Virus record (IMG/VR): IMGVR_UViG_3300010412_000005
Location: 12,546-76,545 of that record
DNA: 64,000 nucleotides
Strand: one strand, 5' to 3'
From: a virus
Under the pieces are notes generated by a model, which was given only the letters and a program-made list of their open reading frames with translations, made no database searches and had not been told where the DNA came from. Shown here one piece after another: positions 56,887-64,000 of this stretch (position 1 is its first letter; each line of letters opens with the position of its first letter). The position numbers and the translations under genes are program-made.

Positions 56887-57946
56887 CGAATCCTCCTATC
56901 TGAGCATATATTCTGGTTATCGTTTTACGTTTTTACCGATAACGCTTAGGACAGTGAAATCATTGTCACTGCAAGTGCGTGGGTAGATTCGCAGGGTGGT
57001 TCGGTGTTGGGAGGGAGGGTCGAGGGAGCTGGGCATAGAACGCCCTTGTGGAAGCGAACTACGCCCAGCGTGGAAACGGACTTGGCGGCTTAGGTGCCGG
57101 TCGGTCGGTTTATCGGTCGCTGAACCCAGCTATCACGCGGTCAGGCTGCCGTTGTGCATGTTGGGCCTGAGAGGGATGACGCTCCTCTGGTGATAGGTTG
57201 TGAGATCCGCCACGATTCATGGATCGGATGGGATCTCCTTGGCCGGTCGGGTCGGCCCTGTTGGGCGTTACCGGGCCGGTTCCAGCCCCTGTCGCGGTGA
57301 ACCTCGGGCTGGCGGCATTGGCGTTTGAGACGTGCGCCCGGTCGGAAACGGCACCGGCATTGCGATTTATCGCACGTAGCCTGCGGCAGAGCTGGTGACT
57401 CTTCGTCGTTTGGGTGCTCTGCGTATGGAAAGTGACTAAGTTCATGAGAGCCCTCCTTGTCCTATGAGGCGGGGCTCTTGGTGGAATTGGCGGCTGCGGA
57501 GTTCTTCGGACTGATAGGTTCTCCAGGCGACTGGGAAGCGGTCGCGGTTCTTGAAAAGGAACGCCCCGTAGGGGTTGTTCGGGCACTTTTCTTTCTGGAG
57601 TCGCTTCTTCATCGTCCCAGTTTTCGTTTGATCCACTTCCAAGTATCTGTGCACGTGCCGTAGATTACAACAGAACACCAGAAGGCAACGATGAGAACGC
57701 CCAGAACGGTGAATGGTAGCCAAGGATCGTTCATGGGCATACGGGGAGAGAGACTGTGCGCATACGGGCACGAGGGTCTCTTCTCTTGAAATTCGGGGCT
57801 TTGGACATCACAGGAGCACTCATACACCCGAAGCGAAGTGGACGTCAACCCGAAAAAGAATTCAGCCCTCGAAGTGTGATATCCGTGAAGATCAACGAGG
57901 GCTGAAATCTTAATCGGCACCTGGACGATGCCTGCATGACTGGGAC

Positions 57947-57975
57947 AATGTGAGGCGAGGAGACGAAAGTGTCAA
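57947..57975 (-). promoter_or_regulatory. putative sigma70-type promoter
   Basis: TTGACA-17 nt-CACATT in an intergenic position. Confidence 0.4.
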
Positions 57976-58030
57976 CAGTAAATACAACGGGTTGCTACTC
58001 TATCGCACTGGACGCAACATATTGTGGTTT

Positions 58031-58252
58031 TCAGGGGTGATCTGTAGGCAGTGGGAAGTGGGCTTTGCACCCAGTTGTGTCTTTGTGGACGCATGGCCAA
58101 TGGGTGACGCCGGTTTGGGTTGGGGCAGCACCGATGAACTGAATAGTCGGTGGGAACGCTCGGCAATAGCCGTGGTTTGCATCAGGCAATGGAGGGTCAT
58201 CAGGCCCTGGCACTGCCTGGAAGTATTCACAGGTCAGGCAGGTATGTGACAT
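58031..58252 (-). CDS. small Cys-rich phage protein
   Basis: CLTCEYF...GYCRAFPP...WPCV...GCKAH. Confidence 0.7.
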   Translation of the reverse strand: MSHTCLTCEYFQAVPGPDDPPLPDANHGYCRAFPPTIQFIGAAPTQTGVTHWPCVHKDTTGCKAHFPLPTDHP

Positions 58253-58296
58253 GGCTTATCCTATCTGGTAGCAGGATAAGCCCTATCTGCAGGGGA

Positions 58297-58707
58297 TCAA
58301 GTGCTTTCGATTTGGCCTCTATCGACGTTTGCCACACCCATTTCTTGTTCAAGGGCATTGAGCGCATTGACCAGATCCTTGGCGCGTTGGCGTTTTGCAG
58401 CGTCACGGACGGCTTTGGCGCTCTGATCTTCTAGTGGCTTGAACAGTTTTGATGGTTTATCGGCTGTGTCTGCGTAGGGGTTTGGGTTGTAGTAGACGTC
58501 AGACGGTGGTTTGAGGTTGAAGGCGAGGTTGGGGTCGATGCATTTGATGTCAGGAGGGCTGACTCGCCAGAAGTTTCCCATCTCATCGACGACGAGTCCC
58601 CACCATTGATCCCTGGAGTTGTCGTAATGTGTTTCGATGAGCATGGCGGTTTTGGACGCAACGCCTTCTTTCGCCTTTTTTCTAAGTTGGACTCTAATAG
58701 GTTCCAT
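58297..58707 (-). CDS. hypothetical protein
   Basis: GGAGG upstream; coupled to upstream gene. Confidence 0.6.
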   Translation of the reverse strand: MEPIRVQLRKKAKEGVASKTAMLIETHYDNSRDQWWGLVVDEMGNFWRVSPPDIKCIDPNLAFNLKPPSDVYYNPNPYADTADKPSKLFKPLEDQSAKAVRDAAKRQRAKDLVNALNALEQEMGVANVDRGQIEST

Positions 58708-59224
58708 TTGCCATCGCCTCCTCTAGGATTTGTTTGTCGATCAGCGCTTGTTCCTGCTCGTCGATATACCACTGTGGAAACTTCATGTTCTTGATCTCTC
58801 TCTTGAGTCTTTCGGCTGGCATATCCCACCATCCCTTGTCCCTTTCGAGATCCCATATCCACACATGACGCATATCACATCCAAATAGGATCAGCTTGAC
58901 TGGGATGTGAAGGAGCTTGCCCATGCGCTTTGCAAACGCTGCTTGTCCATCGCGCTTGTAGTAACGCGTGATGATTTGGTCGAGGTAAGCCTGACTGGGT
59001 TTTGCGGGGTAAGGATGCGGATAACGCGTGCACTCGAAGTAACCTATCGGGCATATCACTTTAGTCTTCGGATATGGACGATACTCAACCTGATCCATAT
59101 CCTGCGCGTAGTAAGGTTTTCCCCAGCTTGCACGCCATTCGCGGTATTGCCACATGTGGTCTTCTTTGAAGCCGACATTGATTCCTTTGCTCCCATTGTC
59201 AGCGCGGTTGTTGGGCATTGTCAT
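58694..59224 (-). CDS. hypothetical protein (possibly nuclease-like fold)
   Basis: 176 aa; DMDQVEY...YFECT...Q pattern; ATGA coupling. Confidence 0.6.
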   Translation of the reverse strand: MTMPNNRADNGSKGINVGFKEDHMWQYREWRASWGKPYYAQDMDQVEYRPYPKTKVICPIGYFECTRYPHPYPAKPSQAYLDQIITRYYKRDGQAAFAKRMGKLLHIPVKLILFGCDMRHVWIWDLERDKGWWDMPAERLKREIKNMKFPQWYIDEQEQALIDKQILEEAMANGTY

Positions 59225-59505
59225 ACGTCGTCTCCATCATCGAGCTGGTTGAGGCGTTGGTTTACACGGGTCTCCTCGTTCATGGCGGTGAGCCATTCAC
59301 GGACCTGACCCTCCTGGGCGTAGTAGTTGCCGCGCCCTTTGGTGTATCCTTGGGTAGCGCTATCACCGTCCCCGTCAGTGTTGTGTTTGGTGCAGAAGAT
59401 CCTGACGCTGTCGAAGTGCTCAGCCAGTTGAGCCGCGTGCAGATCCACCAGTTGGTTGAGTTGTTCCTTGTCCATAGGTTTTCGGTAGCTTGTATCCGCA
59501 TGCAC
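59221..59505 (-). CDS. conserved small phage protein
   Basis: LAEHFDSVRIF...GRGNYYAQEG.VREW. Confidence 0.65.
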   Translation of the reverse strand: MHADTSYRKPMDKEQLNQLVDLHAAQLAEHFDSVRIFCTKHNTDGDGDSATQGYTKGRGNYYAQEGQVREWLTAMNEETRVNQRLNQLDDGDDV

Positions 59506-59668
59506 AAGTCAACGAAACCTCGTCCAGGAAGTTTTGAAGTTCACCCATACCTGGGCCGATCAGGAGAGAGTCCCACTCAGGACAGAAGTGCCAGCCTTGA
59601 TCAATCTCCGCTTGGGTCAGCTGGAGACGTTCGTCCTTCATCAACTCCGTCCATCGCTGCTTTGTCAT
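59420..59668 (-). CDS. hypothetical protein
   Basis: GWHFCPEWD.LLI...CAC. Confidence 0.55.
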   Translation of the reverse strand: MTKQRWTELMKDERLQLTQAEIDQGWHFCPEWDSLLIGPGMGELQNFLDEVSLTCACGYKLPKTYGQGTTQPTGGSARGSTG

Positions 59669-59885
59669 GCGTATGTTTTTCTATCTGCTGAAGGAACGGA
59701 TGTAAAGAGTCAATTTTGACTCCTGGGTAGACACCAGCGATCTTGGCAGCTGTCCACATCTTGACCCCTATGAATGAGGTTGGATGAATCCACACATCCC
59801 CGACAAGTCTCTTCCATCCGAGATCAGTAAGCTGCTCCTCCATGAGTCGAAGCTCGTCGTCTGTCAATTCTAGCTCGGGTTTCAT
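59601..59885 (-). CDS. hypothetical protein
   Basis: 94 aa ORF. Confidence 0.5.
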   Translation of the reverse strand: MKPELELTDDELRLMEEQLTDLGWKRLVGDVWIHPTSFIGVKMWTAAKIAGVYPGVKIDSLHPFLQQIEKHTHDKAAMDGVDEGRTSPADPSGD

Positions 59886-59957
59886 GGTTGACGTGCTTCA
59901 TACCGTGCGATACGTGTTCAACAGATGGTAACAGGTTGAAGTCCTTGGCGGACGGCA

Positions 59958-59984
59958 GCGCCGGTAGCTCGTCACTACCGGCGC
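59958..59984. promoter_or_regulatory. perfect 10-bp intergenic hairpin
   Basis: GCGCCGGTAG-ctcgtca-CTACCGGCGC. Confidence 0.55.
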
Positions 59985-60061
59985 ATTTCGTTACTGCGGC
60001 AATGGAGGAGGTTGGTTTGTCGATTGTGGCAGAAGGTAGCGTATAGCTTTCTCCAGCCGCC

Positions 60062-60619
60062 CTACTCTAAGCTCAAGAGCTGAAAGTTTCGGGTCGTCTG
60101 GACTGGGCGGGGTATCCAGGCGACGTTGGAAAAAGTCGATTCACCTATGACGTTCTTGGCTGTGATCGCGAAGAAAGCAGGGAGGTTCGATCCAGCCCAT
60201 GTGTTCGTCAGCGTGATGTGGTCGATGTTCAACTGAGTGCCGTCTGGAGCTTTGTTGGGTATCTCCATCAACAGCGTCCAGCCATTTGTGGCACCTGGAG
60301 CCGGTGTCCAATTCATGACATTGGTTCCACATACTCCAGTCCACTCCTCGCGCAGCAGTGAAGTTGGTGCGAAGACGTTGGTAAGCGGCATATCAGGCGG
60401 AAGAGTGTGCCTGATATAGATGCGGGTGTAGTCGATATCCTCCAACGGATCAGGCATATCCCAGCACAGGACTACTCTGTTGGTGCGTAGAGGCATTCCA
60501 GGCCAAGTCTCAGCTGCTTCAGCCCTGCACCCATAGAAGAGGGCAACGACTGCTGCCAATGCGACACCGACAAGGACTCCTCGGTTAATCCACTTCTGTT
60601 TGTGTTCTGACCACTTCAT
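60062..60619 (-). CDS. exported protein with fibronectin type III-like domain
   Basis: Signal/TM segment then VVLCWD...YTRIY...FFAITAKNVIGESTFSN; GGAG upstream of ATG 60619. Confidence 0.65.
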   Translation of the reverse strand: MKWSEHKQKWINRGVLVGVALAAVVALFYGCRAEAAETWPGMPLRTNRVVLCWDMPDPLEDIDYTRIYIRHTLPPDMPLTNVFAPTSLLREEWTGVCGTNVMNWTPAPGATNGWTLLMEIPNKAPDGTQLNIDHITLTNTWAGSNLPAFFAITAKNVIGESTFSNVAWIPRPVQTTRNFQLLSLE

Positions 60620-60998
60620 TATGTTTTCTCCGTTTCGATTTTGATAGCGCTTCAAGGACTTGCTCCCAGTCAAACACCCTATGCTTTCCTTGCCGAATGA
60701 ACGGTATCACGCCCTGGCAGGCATAGGCATTAACTGTTTTCTTGTCGTAGTCTATCCCAGCGACTTTCAGTCTGTCGGTCAGCTCAGCCAATGTTAGGAA
60801 TCCATTGTGAGTCGTTTCGGTCTCCGTCCCCTCCTCGCGTGCGAGTTGCGGACGGACGGGTTCAGTCTGGTCAATCGTGGCTGAAAACACCGCGACAGCC
60901 TCGCGAAGTTGGGTGGCGATAGCGAGAAGCCCTCCAAGCAGAGCATCTGTGCTCTGAAGGAGGGCTTTAGCCTGTGTTCGTGCTTCATCTGGCGACAT
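60585..60998 (-). CDS. excisionase-like HTH protein
   Basis: FLTLAELTDRL...TVNAYACQGVIPFIRQGKHRVFDWEQV. Confidence 0.7.
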   Translation of the reverse strand: MSPDEARTQAKALLQSTDALLGGLLAIATQLREAVAVFSATIDQTEPVRPQLAREEGTETETTHNGFLTLAELTDRLKVAGIDYDKKTVNAYACQGVIPFIRQGKHRVFDWEQVLEALSKSKRRKHNEVVRTQTEVD

Positions 60999-61010
60999 GG
61001 CCAGATGGTA

Positions 61011-61229
61011 TCACGTAAGCATCTGAGCTGGAACTGAGATCTGCTTTGGGAACAACAATGGGTTGAGCCTTACAGTCGGATCTTCTGAGGTATCCACACA
61101 GACATGACGCCCAAACACCCTGATCACCCTGCCAGCAATGGTGAGGTTGCCCATCTTTGCCTGAGCTGGGACAGGAACCCACACGATTTGGCCTGGGTGA
61201 AACTGCGGATTTGCGGTGCAGTCGATCAT
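61011..61229 (-). CDS. small SH3-like protein
   Basis: FHPGQIVWV...GRVIRV; ATGA coupling. Confidence 0.55.
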   Translation of the reverse strand: MIDCTANPQFHPGQIVWVPVPAQAKMGNLTIAGRVIRVFGRHVCVDTSEDPTVRLNPLLFPKQISVPAQMLT

Positions 61230-61444
61230 TGGTCGATCACTTTCACTGGTTTTGTATTGTGTCTGATGGCAAACAGTATTCGAACCAGTGCTTGACGGGC
61301 TTTTCCTGCTGTTTCTGCAGGTAATACGTGCTGTGCTACTTCAATTTTTCCTCTTCTTAGCTTCCATCCCCACCTTCCGTCTTCCAGGGGTATGACAACC
61401 GCTGTCAGTGGGAACTTCTCTTGGTAGTTTTCGGCGTCTATCAT
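61226..61444 (-). CDS. hypothetical protein
   Basis: DGRWGWKL; ATGA coupling. Confidence 0.6.
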   Translation of the reverse strand: MIDAENYQEKFPLTAVVIPLEDGRWGWKLRRGKIEVAQHVLPAETAGKARQALVRILFAIRHNTKPVKVIDQ

Positions 61445-61914
61445 GCCGTCCTCCCAAGGAGTTTGTGCTTTCTCAGCATCTTCACTAACCCCTCGAAAGG
61501 TAACAGCTTATCAACAGGGCACTCACATTGGCCCTTGTCATTGATCATCTTCTTCAATCGCGCTCCCCAGATCCACCCCACCGGGCGCGGAACAGGCCAT
61601 TCTTTGGAGCAATCGTAGAGCACGTAGATGTCTGACGTGCTGTCCTGCGGCCTCACCCTCAGTGGAGTGTCTCCATCGACGCAGTAGATCTGCACCTGAA
61701 ACCGAACGTCCACGACGAACGTGTCATTCTGGCTTTCAGGGCCAAGATACGGCATCAACCCACTCGCCAATCCAAAAGCGAAGTGCGCAGCGACCTTAGC
61801 GTTTTCGACTTCCACAGGCATATTGCTCACTTCTGCTCGGTTTTCTGCTGCAAGTTGCAGCTGTTCTTGAACATACGGATGTTGTTGATCCATAAGTGGT
61901 AACGGTTGTGTCAC
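61441..61914 (-). CDS. hypothetical protein
   Basis: 157 aa, AAGGA upstream of GTG. Confidence 0.6.
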   Translation of the reverse strand: MTQPLPLMDQQHPYVQEQLQLAAENRAEVSNMPVEVENAKVAAHFAFGLASGLMPYLGPESQNDTFVVDVRFQVQIYCVDGDTPLRVRPQDSTSDIYVLYDCSKEWPVPRPVGWIWGARLKKMINDKGQCECPVDKLLPFEGLVKMLRKHKLLGRTA

Positions 61915-62052
61915 GCATCCTTTGCATCCCTCATGTTTTACAGGCTGCCAGACCTGTTGGTCTGCAAAGGCTTACGTCTCTGTTTCGTCTAACCATAGGC
62001 ATCGCATGGAGATCAGCTGGTGTCAACAGAATCTCGCTGGTAACCTGCTGTC

Positions 62053-62631
62053 ATGGCTGTTGTCTGCACTTCACGTCGTTTAATCGGAGTCCGCAGCATC
62101 ATTGGTGGCGGTGATCTGTCGGCTGACAGGACGTTTGAGTTGTATGGTGACGTAAATCAGCCAGGAAACCTCCGATACTACGGAACCGATGCCTCTGGAA
62201 ACAAGGGATGGCACGCGCTTCCAAGCAACATCCTCGACCTGATCAGTCTTGAAGCGCGGGTTGCTGCGCTTGAAGACACAGCAGCAGACCATGAAACCCG
62301 CATCACAGACCTGGAGGCGACGGTCTCCGATCATGAAACGCGAATTCTTGCGCTCGAAGCCTACGTGGCGGTGGACGGCGTTACGTGGGCGATCACTGGA
62401 GTGGACTATTCTGTCGCGACAGGCGTCAACCACGTCAAGTGCACGGCGCTTGGTATTACGATTACTCTACCCGCCGCGACTTCAGTTCGGAAAATCACGG
62501 TTAAAAATCAAACGGACGGTATTGTTACTGTCACGTCTGTGTCGTTGATCGACTCAGTCAACACGGTTTACCTTGCTGGACGCGAAGCTGGTCAGTTCGT
62601 TGCTGACGGAACACTCTGGAACATCACATGA
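62053..62631 (+). CDS. probable tail fibre/virion protein
   Basis: GGGDLSADRTF, YYGTDASGNKGW, repeated DHETRI..LE heptads, ITITLPAA...ITVKN beta domain. Confidence 0.7.
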   Translation: MAVVCTSRRLIGVRSIIGGGDLSADRTFELYGDVNQPGNLRYYGTDASGNKGWHALPSNILDLISLEARVAALEDTAADHETRITDLEATVSDHETRILALEAYVAVDGVTWAITGVDYSVATGVNHVKCTALGITITLPAATSVRKITVKNQTDGIVTVTSVSLIDSVNTVYLAGREAGQFVADGTLWNIT

Positions 62632-63848
62632 GCTACATCTCAAACATCGACATCCGTCCTGATAGCGCACACTTGGACGCATTTCAGCGTCTGCGCGTGT
62701 CGAATCCTACTGGTCTGTTCGCATCGAGCTTCCAATACACGAAACAACCACTGATCTTTGAAGAGATTCTCGTCGGAGCAGGCTCAGCTACCCATCTTCC
62801 TAACGAATCATCGGTCACTTTGTCGACTGGAGGCACCACGAATGGTGATACAGCCGCTCTGGTGTCCAGAACACACATCAAGTATCAGCCTGGAAAGTCT
62901 CAGTTGATACTCGTGACGTTCGTTGGTGGAATTCCGCAGTCAAATGCTCAGCAAGATGTTGGTTTGTTTGACTCTCGCAATGGGATATTCGTCCGAAACA
63001 ACGCTGGAACACTGCAGATGGTGCGTAGAACCTATACAAGTGGTGCCACTGTAGACAATGCTGTTGATCAAGGGAGCTGGAATGTTGATCCAATGGACGG
63101 ATCTGGTGTTTCTGGCATCACACTTGACTGGACTAAAGCTCAGATCTTCTTCATCGACATTGAATGGCTTGGAGTCGGTCGAGTAAGGACTGGGTTTGTT
63201 ATAGATGGAAAGATCTACGTCGCCCACCAATTCCTCAACACGAACACCACGCTTACTGGTGTCTACATGCAGACCGCAAATCTGCCTGTTCAATGGAGAG
63301 TCTACAACAATGGCACGTCTGGTGCCGCTCAGTTGCTCAAGGCAATCTGCTGCTCAGTCAATAGCGAAGGTGGATTCAACGAAGATATTGGATACGAGTT
63401 CGGCAGGGGTTTCGTTGGAACGACTTCTGTCGGTGCAGGAGCTGAGGTTCCTATATTTGCCATCAGACCAAGGACGACTTTCGATGGAGACGTTAATCGT
63501 ATCATCACAATTCCGCTTCATTACGACGTTACGTCATCTGGAAATGCCATTGTCTATCTCATCTACAACCCGACATTTACTGGTGGAGCTTGGACTAACC
63601 ATGACACAGCGTATTCGTCCATAGAGTATTGGAGCACACTCGGCACTATCACGGGCGGTGTCAGAGTTCAGGTAGGATATGTGACATCAAGCGGTGGAAG
63701 AGGAAGCCTTAGCAGTCTGATTGGTGCGAAATACCCTATTGGGATCAACTACGCAGGAGCGAATCCACGTGGTTTGTGCTTAATTGCTCAGTCCCTGTCA
63801 GGAACAATCAATATGACAGGGGCAATGAACTGGAGAGAACTTAGGTAG
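62628..63848 (+). CDS. probable virion structural protein (beta-sandwich)
   Basis: DAFQRLRVSNP, YQPGKSQ, WNVDPMDG.G.SG, IDIEWLGVGRVR, a common phage structural family. Confidence 0.7.
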   Translation: MSYISNIDIRPDSAHLDAFQRLRVSNPTGLFASSFQYTKQPLIFEEILVGAGSATHLPNESSVTLSTGGTTNGDTAALVSRTHIKYQPGKSQLILVTFVGGIPQSNAQQDVGLFDSRNGIFVRNNAGTLQMVRRTYTSGATVDNAVDQGSWNVDPMDGSGVSGITLDWTKAQIFFIDIEWLGVGRVRTGFVIDGKIYVAHQFLNTNTTLTGVYMQTANLPVQWRVYNNGTSGAAQLLKAICCSVNSEGGFNEDIGYEFGRGFVGTTSVGAGAEVPIFAIRPRTTFDGDVNRIITIPLHYDVTSSGNAIVYLIYNPTFTGGAWTNHDTAYSSIEYWSTLGTITGGVRVQVGYVTSSGGRGSLSSLIGAKYPIGINYAGANPRGLCLIAQSLSGTINMTGAMNWRELR

Positions 63849-64000
63849 GGCTCCGCTCAGAGGCTTGCCAAGGTTTTACAAGCGCCAGGGAATGCGATAC
63901 CCCAGTTGTGAACGGTTCAGCGATTGCCAAGATGATCAGACGGCAGGCAAAGCCCACTGCAGCAACCAATCGCAGTGTGAGAGTAACCATCTGCACCCAC

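Noticed and set aside
57110-57920. Overlapping minus-strand ORFs
   Set aside because: One to three small genes are likely, but frames and starts could not be resolved.
1-64000. tRNA genes or stop-codon reassignment
   Set aside because: No cloverleaf/T-loop seen; genes are intact under the standard code and end in TAA, TAG and TGA.

Overview
The whole window reads as tailed dsDNA phage DNA (podovirus-like); no host housekeeping genes, terminase or lysis genes were recognised. + strand 1-25.8 kb: virion module (probable portal C-terminus, scaffold, major capsid, adaptor, tail-collar protein, nozzle, three ejection-type proteins including a 4494-aa giant) and a glycosyltransferase. - strand 25.5-61.9 kb: a glycan-modification cluster, tyrosine recombinase, replication/recombination genes (DnaC-like, HNH, PD-(D/E)xK nucleases, RecT), a Ycf46-like AAA module with swapped Walker motifs, a probable histone-fold mini-protein and many small early-type genes. 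A second + strand structural block starts at 62.05 kb. The standout locus is 52.6-53.8 kb (- strand): a ~500-nt non-coding array of degenerate 5-nt units (NG[A/C]+NN) grouped into 26/31/36-nt blocks, then a hairpin, then a complete type III hammerhead ribozyme whose stem III contains the ribosome-binding site of a stand-alone Cas7/RAMP-like gene. No other cas genes or canonical CRISPR array were seen, so this is a candidate phage RNA-guided system with self-processed RNA. A ~1.3-kb hairpin-rich ORF-poor region (54.8-56.1 kb) may be a large ncRNA. All family calls come from motif recognition by eye; no searches were run.
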